64,000 nucleotides of DNA from positions 299,944-363,943 of the IMG/VR virus record IMGVR_UViG_3300021963_000021, one strand, 5' to 3'. Below are positions 18,750 through 28,257 of the stretch, in pieces. Below the pieces are notes generated by a model. That model saw only the letters and a program-made list of their open reading frames with translations. It ran no database searches and had not been told where the DNA came from. Numbering within the stretch: position 1 is the first letter of the stretch; every line of letters starts with the position of its first letter. A program made the position numbers and the translations under genes.

Positions 18750-19712
18750 TTACCTTCCTAAACGAGGACGATCTTGAGCGATTTGTTGTTGGTTTCTTTG
18801 TTGTACGCTGTCTTGTTCTGGCCAGCTGTAAATGTAGTTGCCAAACTCATCACGCACTAACAACCAACGGATGCCGCCTGCGCTGTATTGCCTTATATCT
18901 GCTTGATAGCCCGGAATCGTTGTGTCAAAATCAATATTGCCGTCACCTAGATCATCGCCGTGATTGCGTACCCAGTTAGCCACTGCGTTTACTTCTTGTG
19001 TAGAGTTAGGCCCTTGTCCATTTAGATTACCAATCATCCAAATATCATTTGTTTCGGTGCGAGTAAAAGCACGGAATAAGTGTCTGCCTAGTGTACGGAT
19101 AGCACGATTCATATTCCCTGGCAAGTTTGCTACCTGATGGAAGTCGGGATTTTGTACACCAGCTCTGGTAAGATTAGCACCTGCTACTGCTGGTAGGTTT
19201 TCAGTGTCTACACGTACAGCAGGCACGTCTGCGTCTTCTGGTTCTGGGTATCCGGGATCATCTGGATCATTTTCTATGTCACGCATACGTCCTAGTAGAT
19301 CACGCATACGATCATTAGGGGCTATGTTGCCCGCAGCACGTTGAGTGTCACGCTGACTAGCACGTTGTTGTTGTGGAGCAGCTGGTTCTCCACGAGGTTC
19401 ATCTCTAGGTTCCGGTTCTGGAGTAGGTGCTGCTGGAAGATTAGCATCACTGGGTTGGCCAAAATAGTTGTCAAACGCTGACCAATCAGTTTTATCTTTA
19501 GTTTTGGTTTTCTTTTTATCTTCGTCTGCTTCGCGAACGTTTCGTGAACCAGTCTTGACGTCTTTGCCCTGCTCCTTGCGGAATTTGGCTACAAGACCGT
19601 TCTTACCATAATTGATCTCATAATCATCGTCACTGGGGTCCATGTTGGTCTTGACACCACTTGGACTTATATGTGTCTCTGTTTCTCTTAGATAATCTTT
19701 AAATGTTTTCAT
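18750..19712 (-). CDS. hypothetical protein, probable head-internal protein
   Basis: Start MKTFKDYLRE at 19712 resembles the T4 internal-protein capsid targeting sequence. Confidence 0.65.
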   Translation of the reverse strand: MKTFKDYLRETETHISPSGVKTNMDPSDDDYEINYGKNGLVAKFRKEQGKDVKTGSRNVREADEDKKKTKTKDKTDWSAFDNYFGQPSDANLPAAPTPEPEPRDEPRGEPAAPQQQRASQRDTQRAAGNIAPNDRMRDLLGRMRDIENDPDDPGYPEPEDADVPAVRVDTENLPAVAGANLTRAGVQNPDFHQVANLPGNMNRAIRTLGRHLFRAFTRTETNDIWMIGNLNGQGPNSTQEVNAVANWVRNHGDDLGDGNIDFDTTIPGYQADIRQYSAGGIRWLLVRDEFGNYIYSWPEQDSVQQRNQQQIAQDRPRLGR

Positions 19713-20524
19713 TCTGCGTTTTTCCCACACTTGGCACGTTTAGCGTTAGTCAGTGCGCCAAAGTCCACGGGCCATTCCTGTCCTGGCTGTAATTCTTTTG
19801 CGTTAGCAGGAAACTTGTAGTATACTCCTGCCTGTTTCTGTATATCTGCGATAGGCATGCGGAACTTAGTTAGATCGTTGCCTAGGTTAACATATGGTTT
19901 GGTATGTGGAAACGCCCAACCTGCTACAGCACCTGTTTGTTGATCAATGACAATTTTATAGTAGCCATGTGGAACGATAACTCCGTTGCCGATTACACCA
20001 TCACCAGCTCCATACAATGCCCCCACGTAGATAGTAAACGGACGATTCTGCTGAACTACCCACCCACGTATCGAGGTTTCTAGTAGTTTCCATATGCCAC
20101 GATTTAATGACCCGTGTTGTGGGTACATATTTGTCATTAGGAAACTCTCATACTCCACAATCTGTGACCAACTTAGGTCACCATCGGGAGCGGCATGTCC
20201 TTTGTCGTAGCCTGTGCCTGCGTAGTCATTAGGAGTAGCACCTCCAGGAACTGACTGATCCGCAACGAATGCGTTCGTACGGGGAAAGCATCCTAAAGCA
20301 TTTTGTGGAAGTAATGTGTAAGCTACGTAAGCAGGAATCTTTACAGGAGCATCATATGCTACTAGATATGCTTCACGGCAAATTAAACCAGCCTGACGAG
20401 CAGTTTGAGCTAATCCGTATGGACTATGAACTTGGCAGGATTGTACTGGTAGTGGAGCCCGTTGTTCCCAAGCATAGACTTGCGTCGAACAGACTAGTGC
20501 CAATAATAGTAGCAGTTTTCTCAT
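19709..20524 (-). CDS. DNA/RNA non-specific endonuclease (NucA/EndA family) with signal peptide
   Basis: YDKGHAAP, FLMTNMYPQ, LNRGIWKLLE, VPHGYYK; hydrophobic N-terminus. Confidence 0.92.
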   Translation of the reverse strand: MRKLLLLLALVCSTQVYAWEQRAPLPVQSCQVHSPYGLAQTARQAGLICREAYLVAYDAPVKIPAYVAYTLLPQNALGCFPRTNAFVADQSVPGGATPNDYAGTGYDKGHAAPDGDLSWSQIVEYESFLMTNMYPQHGSLNRGIWKLLETSIRGWVVQQNRPFTIYVGALYGAGDGVIGNGVIVPHGYYKIVIDQQTGAVAGWAFPHTKPYVNLGNDLTKFRMPIADIQKQAGVYYKFPANAKELQPGQEWPVDFGALTNAKRAKCGKNAE

Positions 20525-20555
20525 GTGAAAAGCCTTTGATATAATAATGTAATAT

Positions 20556-21179
20556 TTAGTTGGCTTTTTCTAAATGTTCTGCTTTATCCCATCCTAGTAT
20601 ATGCTTGGCTTTCCAGTGGTTTTGTTCAAATCCTTTAAGATCCTGCCAGCTATCTCTGCGATTCCATATATCTTTGGCCACAGTCAACCAATCAGTGTGA
20701 CGAACAATGTAGTCAAAATTTAGCATATAATTTTTAAAATACTCGTAGCTGCGACTGTCAAACTCTACGTGTATAACTTCGTAGACTGTGCCATCGCTGG
20801 CAATAGCATTTAGATCGAAATCAAATCCCCATTTGGTTTTTATGTCTAACAGCTGACGTGCTAGGGGATGTGTTTCTTGTAGATCAGTGAGCTGATCTCG
20901 GGCTTGTCCGCCGTATTCACAACGGCAAAGAAACATGCTGTGGTCTAAGAAAAGTCCTAGATCGTTGCGTTCTAATTCAAACCAGGGTTCTTGCCAACAG
21001 CAGTGATTTAGTATGGGATGATCAATAGGATGATTCATGGCAGCATAGTACTTGCGTTCTATACCGTTGAGTTCAAATCCGTCCTTGTCGAAGTATTTGA
21101 AATCAGCTGCGTCAATATCTGTGATCGCTTTAAAACATCGAGGGTCGGACATAAGTGTTACATTATGTCTGCGGAACAT
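20556..21179 (-). CDS. conserved phage hypothetical protein
   Basis: 207 aa, FDKDGFEL...KWGFDF. Confidence 0.65.
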   Translation of the reverse strand: MFRRHNVTLMSDPRCFKAITDIDAADFKYFDKDGFELNGIERKYYAAMNHPIDHPILNHCCWQEPWFELERNDLGLFLDHSMFLCRCEYGGQARDQLTDLQETHPLARQLLDIKTKWGFDFDLNAIASDGTVYEVIHVEFDSRSYEYFKNYMLNFDYIVRHTDWLTVAKDIWNRRDSWQDLKGFEQNHWKAKHILGWDKAEHLEKAN

Positions 21180-21349
21180 TAGCGGTATTTCTCTGCTTGT
21201 TCTCTACAATCAAAACACTGGCATTCTACGCAATCGCAGTCGTCTGTCATACAGCTATGCCCGCAGTGTTTGCCGCACCTACAGGTACAGCCTAGATTCT
21301 TATAAGGTTTATATGAATCGTTGTTATCATTCTGTTCTATCTTTGTCAT
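21179..21349 (-). CDS. Cys-rich metallothionein-like mini-protein (not in ORF track)
   Basis: 56 aa MTKIEQNDNNDSYKPYKNLGCTCRCGKHCGHSCMTDDCDCVECQCFDCREQAEKYR; 10 Cys + 2 His; GGAG upstream; TAATG coupling to next gene. Confidence 0.7.
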   Translation of the reverse strand: MTKIEQNDNNDSYKPYKNLGCTCRCGKHCGHSCMTDDCDCVECQCFDCREQAEKYR

Positions 21350-21749
21350 CTATTGCTCCACCATGTACCCATGCTGTACAGCTACGTGTGCCAGCACATT
21401 TAAAATGTAAAAAATTACAGTATCCTAGATCTGATTTTTCAATAGTGGCCATAGCATCTACGTTTTTGTATTCGCCTTTGATACCTGCTTCGATACAGGC
21501 CCACATCTTGTCACTGACATCGAAAGCAGCGCAGTTGCTACACAGCATGGTCTTTGCTGTCTTTTCGTCTATCTTCCATTCTTTAGCGGCGTCTTTCCAA
21601 TAGCTGCCTGGCTCATCAGGATTGGCAGGTCCATAATGATATTCGTCTATAGCCTTTTGTCTATTCTTTAAGTTAACATCTATGTCGTGTGTGGCGATAG
21701 GACAGCCTTTGTTGGCTGCTTCTACTATGTTGATATACTTGCGATACAT
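21327..21749 (-). CDS. Cys-containing conserved phage protein
   Basis: CSNC ... CNFLHFKCAGTRSC. Confidence 0.7.
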   Translation of the reverse strand: MYRKYINIVEAANKGCPIATHDIDVNLKNRQKAIDEYHYGPANPDEPGSYWKDAAKEWKIDEKTAKTMLCSNCAAFDVSDKMWACIEAGIKGEYKNVDAMATIEKSDLGYCNFLHFKCAGTRSCTAWVHGGAIDDKDRTE

Positions 21750-23371
21750 TAATCCTCACTCCATGTCAACCCTGCGATACAAGGACTGATTGAGTTTGTG
21801 CTCTTTACAGCGATGCTCAACCAACTGCCGGGTGGTATAGTAATACGGTAAGCACTTAGATCAATGTTAATAGTTCCGTTGATACCACAGAAACCTGTGT
21901 AGATAGGTGTGTCTATAGAGTTGTTAAATGTACCCGTAACTGTGCTACGAATTTCATTACAGCGTGTGATGGCGTAGTACTCGTGCTGACCTGAAAAACT
22001 ACTAGGTTCAAAGTAAAGATACACTTCCACAGGGTCTGTGCTCTGTACTGATAAACTTAAACTTTTAACAATGGCTTCTTTGGCATTTAGAATATAGTTG
22101 CCGTTGTTAGCACCAGCATATCCGTTTGTGACCACAGAGTTTTTAATAGTCAACATATGATGTATGTTGTCTTTGTTCAAGCCTGTTTTGCTTGTTGAAT
22201 ATGAACGTGTAAGTTCGTTTAGGTGAATAGTACCTTCAACTGCGGCATAGATACTGGCACCATATACCGTTATATCTGTAGTGTTGGTTGTATTGACAGC
22301 ATTGTAGGTAATCTTAAAACTGGGATTGGCAGTATGCGGTGTTGTATGTTGATTTACATAGTGCTCGCGATGTACATAGACCAGTGTACCACTAGCTTGA
22401 TCTTCTATGGCAAAACTGACGACACCTGCTCCTAGCCAACGCATAGCAATCTGATAGACGTTTAGCTTGGTATGATCCAACAACATACCGCTAGGGTTAG
22501 CGTCAATTGTTCCACTACCATCTAGTTTATCTATGTTCCAATCTTCTTGATAGGTCCAGTTGTCTGTTTGTGCTACACCTGCCTGTACTACAGTAAATGT
22601 AGCAGTAGCATTGCCTGTGCTGGTAAAACTAAAAGTACCCGTCATTGGGCCTAATCTAGGTGCTAGCCATAACATAGCGCCGTCTGTTTGTTGTACTAAC
22701 CAACCACCATAGCCGCCCACACGATCCACAATGTCCGAGACTGTTTGTGCGGCTGTGCCTGCGGTCAGTGCTACTGTATAGGCAACACCGTTTAAGGTGA
22801 TAGTAGCAGTCTGTCCAGCGTTTGGTGCTGTTCCTATTACCAAGGTTAGGATAGTGGCCTTGCCACCTGATGAACGAACAATACCAAAGCGGTTGCCGTT
22901 CCAACCAAAGCCTACTTTGTTTTCTTGATTGGCCAATCCAGCAAACTGTGTACTACCTGCCACTCCTGTAGTAAAGCCTGCGGTCATACGACATACAATA
23001 CCTTGTCCTGGGCGATAACGAACGAAACGTTTACTACGCAGTAAACCATAGCCTCCTGCGTCAGTGCCGCTACGTACTCTAAACATACCGTCAACTGACC
23101 CAGCACTAGATCCTGTACCGTTAGTGTATGTTTGTATGACGTCTGATGTAGCACCATAGATACCGTCTAACTGTATAACTGCTGTGGGACTGATTGCCAG
23201 TGGTTCGCCAAATGCTGATACCTGCCCAGCAACACTTGGACCAGATAACTTAGCAGCCACACGTATCTGTGGTTTGCCTGCGAAATCATACTCCATAGCA
23301 TTGTGTAAATCAGCTAGGTTAGGTTCCCAGGGATGTTCGTAGTTAGTGCTGTTTGGTAATAAGATTGGCAT
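21749..23371 (-). CDS. virion structural protein (beta-rich)
   Basis: 540 aa Gly/Thr-rich, within the structural block. Confidence 0.65.
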   Translation of the reverse strand: MPILLPNSTNYEHPWEPNLADLHNAMEYDFAGKPQIRVAAKLSGPSVAGQVSAFGEPLAISPTAVIQLDGIYGATSDVIQTYTNGTGSSAGSVDGMFRVRSGTDAGGYGLLRSKRFVRYRPGQGIVCRMTAGFTTGVAGSTQFAGLANQENKVGFGWNGNRFGIVRSSGGKATILTLVIGTAPNAGQTATITLNGVAYTVALTAGTAAQTVSDIVDRVGGYGGWLVQQTDGAMLWLAPRLGPMTGTFSFTSTGNATATFTVVQAGVAQTDNWTYQEDWNIDKLDGSGTIDANPSGMLLDHTKLNVYQIAMRWLGAGVVSFAIEDQASGTLVYVHREHYVNQHTTPHTANPSFKITYNAVNTTNTTDITVYGASIYAAVEGTIHLNELTRSYSTSKTGLNKDNIHHMLTIKNSVVTNGYAGANNGNYILNAKEAIVKSLSLSVQSTDPVEVYLYFEPSSFSGQHEYYAITRCNEIRSTVTGTFNNSIDTPIYTGFCGINGTINIDLSAYRITIPPGSWLSIAVKSTNSISPCIAGLTWSED

Positions 23372-23374
23372 CTG

Positions 23375-23611
23375 TTACGCCCATGGTCGACCAACAAGTA
23401 GTCCACCAACGTTAGGATTGTCTACTACGTTGTTAGTGTCATTGTCACCTGTTTTGTAACGTGTTGGTAGCTGAGTAGCATCAGCAGATGTATCAGCATA
23501 ACGACCGGGCTCTACGACATTCTGTGCGGCCCTGTCATTGCCAGCTAAAGTCAGCTTGGCATCTTGTCTTTGTCTTTTGTAGGTTAGTGTTGAAATGCCG
23601 TTGTCTGCCAT
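23375..23611 (-). CDS. hypothetical protein
   Basis: 78 aa with RBS GGAG. Confidence 0.6.
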   Translation of the reverse strand: MADNGISTLTYKRQRQDAKLTLAGNDRAAQNVVEPGRYADTSADATQLPTRYKTGDNDTNNVVDNPNVGGLLVGRPWA

Positions 23612-23614
23612 TTC

Positions 23615-23908
23615 TTACTCCTCTGGATATATCGGGAAGCTGTTTCCTCGCAGATCTCTAGGATGTTTTGGACCGTTAACTCCGCCGCCGGCGTCTGTGG
23701 TTACCGCATCAATTGGCAAGACTTTTGGATCAGGTGCTGTGGAATACGGTTTAGTAGACACTAGATCCACTATGTGTTTGAATCTGTTAACATCGCCGTC
23801 GGGCGCAGTTATAGTCACGTCTGCGTTGATACCTTTATCGGCAGGCTCGCTGGCTTCGATGCTGTCGATCAAGTCTAGTAGGTCACGTATTATTTCGGTT
23901 GCTCTCAT
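23615..23908 (-). CDS. hypothetical late protein
   Basis: 97 aa, MRATEII start, TAAATA upstream. Confidence 0.65.
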   Translation of the reverse strand: MRATEIIRDLLDLIDSIEASEPADKGINADVTITAPDGDVNRFKHIVDLVSTKPYSTAPDPKVLPIDAVTTDAGGGVNGPKHPRDLRGNSFPIYPEE

Positions 23909-23927
23909 AGTGATATTTACCGTTCAA

Positions 23928-26900
23928 TTAATCCCAAGCACCGCCACTTTGTTGCCAAGCACCGTCTGTAAAGATTATTGTACAGAACGCAAGGCTGTCA
24001 ACGAAACTTGCGTTGGCGCTGTTGAATATCCTAAATGGAAATAATAGCCCATCGGTTCCTGTATAACTGCCAATTCTAAAATTAGCCACACCAACAAACA
24101 CAGCATTGGGTGTTATTCCATTTTGCGGAACGAGATACATGATCTGTCCTTCAACGCCATCTGCTAGTGTATAATTACCATCTGTGAGTTTGTTGATAGA
24201 TTTAGTTAGATCTATGGCTGTGTATGCTTGTGTGACTGTAACTACACTGATGTTAGCATTATGAGATCCACTGCCGCCCATATCTGCTGAGTTCAATGTT
24301 CCAATGGTATCACCTACTACGCTGTTTCCGCTAGTACTGATTACTGTGTAAGCAGGCACACCTGATGTAACTATCACAGTAAACGACACTGGACCTAGAG
24401 TAAATGGACCATAGTTTCCATCTATCAGATCGGTCCAACCTCCAGAATCTTGTAATGTAGCGGCTGGTCCAGTATCGTTGCCTGTGCCAGTCTTAGATAC
24501 TGTGCTTTTGACTACAGCACCTGGTAATGTTGTAGTACCGCTTGGTTCAAAACTCCAAGTTTTGTTGTTGGCAACAATTTGAACTTGACCTGCTGAAATT
24601 GCTCCACCGCCAGAACGGATACGAACATCACCGCCAGTGTAGGCGCTACTATATCCGCCGTCAATATGTACGTGGCCGCCTTCGTTGTAACCATTACCGC
24701 CTGCGATGTTTACATAACCACCGTATCCTGATGATACTCCATCAGCATCGCCCGCATAGATCTTAATGTCTCCACCATTGCTATCAGCATCACCTGCCCA
24801 TAGATAAACATCACCACCTTCACCTGCGCCATTGCCGCGTTGTCCTTGGATGATTAAACGTTGTGCGTTTTGATCAGTACCAGGAGTTGGTCCAGTGATA
24901 ATTACTTGTTGACTTGCGTCACCGAACTGTAAGACTTGACCAGATTGACTGCCGCCATTGTGTAAGTTCACTGTCAGAGTTGGGAATGTTACAGAACCGT
25001 TTTGACCAAATACCCAATCATATGACGTAGTAGTATCAGAGTTGTATGTGCGTATTTTAATATACCCCTGATGATTGATATCTACAAATTGAGTATCATC
25101 ACCCAGGATCAAGTCGCCTGTGCTGTCAGTACCTTTACCTGCGGCAATGTGTATGTGCGGAGCATCCTGAGCCAGCGTTGGGTAAATGTCGATATACTGT
25201 CCGTAGTTTCTAAAACTTTGACTAATACTATTGGTATCAACGTGTGGTATTATGCTGATGCGACCATAGGAGAAGTTTTCTTCAGCGGCGCCGTTTCCTC
25301 TAATTTCGTTACCACTGAAACTGATAGTTCCAGTGGCCTCACCTGGTCTGTACAAGGTAGGTATTAGGAATTCAGAGTTGTCAACATCTGCGCCAAGAGC
25401 AGTGATACTAATAGCACCACTGATGTCACTGTCTGTTTTACCAGCATCATCTATAGTAAGATCGCTGGCTGAACTGTTTAACAGTCCTGAGAATGATGCT
25501 GGTGTATAGTCCCAGTCGCCTACAGTAAATGTAGTACCTTCGGTGTTAAACTGTGCTATCAAGGCATGTACCTGTTGTCCAGGATCACCAACTCCGCCGC
25601 CGATGGCCACGTAGCCATTCTTGACCGCGATGTTGCTGCCGCTGCCAGTGTTAGTATAGAAGCCACCGGCAAATGTCCAACTAGTAGTATTGTCTAATAG
25701 ACGTTGCCATGCTACCTGTCCATTTTCTAGATACTTGGCTACAACACAACTAAAGTCAGAGGTATCACCGTTGCCAGCGATGCCTGCTAGGTATAGATAA
25801 TCATCTGGTCCTATCGCTACACTGGTCGCCCAAGTATCACAGTTACCTACTACACGACGACTCCACTGTGCTGTACCCGAAGAATCAAACTTGACTAGAC
25901 TCATTGCGGTGTTAGTGCCGCCTTGACCGTTATCCTTTTGATATTGTCCAACTACATAGATATTACCTGCGCTGTCTATGTCAGCATCTGCTCCGTTACA
26001 GTTATATCCTGTGTCAAACAATACTGCCTTTTGCCAAGCGATAGCGCCGTTGGTGTCATACTTGACTACCAGCATACGGTCTTCTGTGTCACCAGATTCG
26101 CCTAGTTGATCCATGTAACCAATGACTACGACTTCACCGCTGGGTCCAACAGCCATACCATAGGCTTCTTCGTCGGACTGTCCATCTAAGACCCTAGCCC
26201 ATAGTATTGTTCCGTCTTCAAATAACAGTTTAATAACAGTTACTTGATCATCTGTGCCATTATAAGCATAACCAACTATAACCGCGTCTCCGTTACTGCT
26301 TATGTCAATGACACCGTTGGTGCTTGAGTATCCAAAGTCATAGACACTACTCCAATTGATAGTACCGTCAATCAGGCTTAATTGTGTTACGGTCGTTCTA
26401 TCATAGTCTCCTGATATCTTACCAGTGACATAGATCACACCGTTAGAAGAATCTACTGCTACACCCCAGCCATCTGTTGATCCAGCACCTTGATATCTGA
26501 CCTGCCATAACTTTGTGCCTGTGCTGGTAAACTTGGCCACAGAAGTATAGTTGTTGCCGCCCTGTGGATTGTAATGTACAAACAGGGCAATGATATTACC
26601 GTCACTGTCATATTCTATGCTGTTGGCGCTGCCTGGAACATCGTTATTTGTATCATTTGACTCAAATGTTGCTATCCAAACATTTTGATCTGAGGCAGTA
26701 CCGCCTGTTGGATCAGCGTAGGTCATTTCACCTGTTGTGGTATTGTAGTACACAGCCTTAGCGGTATTTTCTACGTCTTCACGAACTGGTTTAACAAACA
26801 AACCAGCACCAGTTGGATCTAAATTCTCACCTGTTGCGTTCAGTGTGATGCTGTTGTCTTCAGCAAAAGTGTATGCGGCTCTTGCGCCAATAGCGATAGC

Positions 26901-27686
26901 GTTCTCACCTTGAGGTGCTTCTGTTTCATTCCAACCTGCTTTAGCACCAATGTACACACCACCTGCTTTACTGTTGTAACCAACATCGTCGTTACCGATA
27001 GCAATAACACCCGCACGATGTGGGTCATGGATACCCTGTCCTAGACTAATGCCAGGCCCTAAATCTGTTGGACCAACATTAACACCTTGATATATTCTTA
27101 GCGTGATATCTTCATTGATGTTTAACTCATAGCGAGTGTCGCCTTCTGCTTCTGGGGTAAAATCAGTGTTGGCTTGTAATCCGTCAATACCATTAACTGA
27201 GAGTCCCACTAAGCCAGGTTCTATTTCTGTAACTGTACCGTTGATTAAAATTTCTGTGACATTTTCTACGCTAGGACCTTGACCGTTACCTACTGATATA
27301 GATCCGCCACCGATTTGACTAGTAGCATTTGAATCTTCTGGGTCTTCTGCTTCATTTTCTTCGCCTGGATTGATAACTTTGGTAGCAACAAACTTGCCGT
27401 TAACGTTGGTAAGTTTAATATTGTCAAGATAGATACTGCCGCCTGCGGTGTAAACGTGACGCCACTGTTTTGTTGGAGATCCTAAATCGTAAGTATTATC
27501 TGCGTCTGGAACAATGTTTGTCTTGGGATCGTAAATGCTGGGTAACAATGACCATATAGTTGAACCGTCACCAATTTTTAATATACCGTTAGTGGTATCG
27601 TAACCTGGTTCACCTTGCGCTAGTACTGGATCTTCTGACGCCCAGTTAGCTGCTGTGTCTCTTCTTAATTTAATCTGCGTTGCCAT
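23928..27686 (-). CDS. long tail fibre/receptor-binding protein
   Basis: Mtd-like N-terminus IKLRRDTAANWASEDPVLAQGEPGYDT; beta-propeller repeats (KYDTNGAIAWQK); Gly-rich GGxVxIxGG repeats. Confidence 0.85.
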   Translation of the reverse strand: MATQIKLRRDTAANWASEDPVLAQGEPGYDTTNGILKIGDGSTIWSLLPSIYDPKTNIVPDADNTYDLGSPTKQWRHVYTAGGSIYLDNIKLTNVNGKFVATKVINPGEENEAEDPEDSNATSQIGGGSISVGNGQGPSVENVTEILINGTVTEIEPGLVGLSVNGIDGLQANTDFTPEAEGDTRYELNINEDITLRIYQGVNVGPTDLGPGISLGQGIHDPHRAGVIAIGNDDVGYNSKAGGVYIGAKAGWNETEAPQGENAIAIGARAAYTFAEDNSITLNATGENLDPTGAGLFVKPVREDVENTAKAVYYNTTTGEMTYADPTGGTASDQNVWIATFESNDTNNDVPGSANSIEYDSDGNIIALFVHYNPQGGNNYTSVAKFTSTGTKLWQVRYQGAGSTDGWGVAVDSSNGVIYVTGKISGDYDRTTVTQLSLIDGTINWSSVYDFGYSSTNGVIDISSNGDAVIVGYAYNGTDDQVTVIKLLFEDGTILWARVLDGQSDEEAYGMAVGPSGEVVVIGYMDQLGESGDTEDRMLVVKYDTNGAIAWQKAVLFDTGYNCNGADADIDSAGNIYVVGQYQKDNGQGGTNTAMSLVKFDSSGTAQWSRRVVGNCDTWATSVAIGPDDYLYLAGIAGNGDTSDFSCVVAKYLENGQVAWQRLLDNTTSWTFAGGFYTNTGSGSNIAVKNGYVAIGGGVGDPGQQVHALIAQFNTEGTTFTVGDWDYTPASFSGLLNSSASDLTIDDAGKTDSDISGAISITALGADVDNSEFLIPTLYRPGEATGTISFSGNEIRGNGAAEENFSYGRISIIPHVDTNSISQSFRNYGQYIDIYPTLAQDAPHIHIAAGKGTDSTGDLILGDDTQFVDINHQGYIKIRTYNSDTTTSYDWVFGQNGSVTFPTLTVNLHNGGSQSGQVLQFGDASQQVIITGPTPGTDQNAQRLIIQGQRGNGAGEGGDVYLWAGDADSNGGDIKIYAGDADGVSSGYGGYVNIAGGNGYNEGGHVHIDGGYSSAYTGGDVRIRSGGGAISAGQVQIVANNKTWSFEPSGTTTLPGAVVKSTVSKTGTGNDTGPAATLQDSGGWTDLIDGNYGPFTLGPVSFTVIVTSGVPAYTVISTSGNSVVGDTIGTLNSADMGGSGSHNANISVVTVTQAYTAIDLTKSINKLTDGNYTLADGVEGQIMYLVPQNGITPNAVFVGVANFRIGSYTGTDGLLFPFRIFNSANASFVDSLAFCTIIFTDGAWQQSGGAWD

Positions 27687-27697
27687 TTTTATATTCC

Positions 27698-27988
27698 TTA
27701 ATATACCGTTGCTGCGTTACCGCCGTCGATAATTGCCATTAACTCGCCATCAACTACAAGGTTTGATTTAAGTCTTATTGATTGTTCTACAATAATTGAA
27801 CTGCTGTCAGTGGTGCTAATAGTACTGCCATTAAATTCAAATGCTCCTAGATTCAAGGCAGTGCCGTCATTAATTCCTAAAGCTACGTACAGTTCGGTAA
27901 AATTGTCATTGATCTTACTAAACGCTAGGCGTAAAGGATCACCTTTACCGCTGTTTGGTGTCGATACATTTATTATTTGTTTTGCCAT
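27698..27988 (-). CDS. baseplate/fibre attachment protein (gp9/gp10-like N-terminus)
   Basis: QIINVSTPNSGKGDPLRLAFSKINDNFTELY. Confidence 0.7.
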   Translation of the reverse strand: MAKQIINVSTPNSGKGDPLRLAFSKINDNFTELYVALGINDGTALNLGAFEFNGSTISTTDSSSIIVEQSIRLKSNLVVDGELMAIIDGGNAATVY

Positions 27989-28212
27989 TATATTCCACCT
28001 AACCTTCTAATTGTGTCAAGCTCGTCCTCTTGCCCCTGTCGTTTCATAAACTCTACGATCGTATCGTAGTCTTTCATTGTGGCCACTCGATTTTGGCTTA
28101 ATTTTGTAACGATTTCTGTGACGTCATGTAGATCCATGTCGTTCTTAATGTCCTCTCTGGCCAATTCCATCAAACGCAGGAATAGGGGAACATCAACTTT
28201 GATTATATCCAT
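27988..28212 (-). CDS. conserved phage hypothetical protein
   Basis: DVPLFLRLMELARED. Confidence 0.65.
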   Translation of the reverse strand: MDIIKVDVPLFLRLMELAREDIKNDMDLHDVTEIVTKLSQNRVATMKDYDTIVEFMKRQGQEDELDTIRRLGGI

Positions 28213-28257
28213 AGCGGCAGCACCTTAAATAGCTTATTAGATATTTATCGGACAAAC

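Noticed and set aside
23928-27686. Diversity-generating retroelement target (Mtd-like domain)
   Set aside because: Only the N-terminal Mtd-like motif is present; no reverse transcriptase or TR/VR repeat pair seen.
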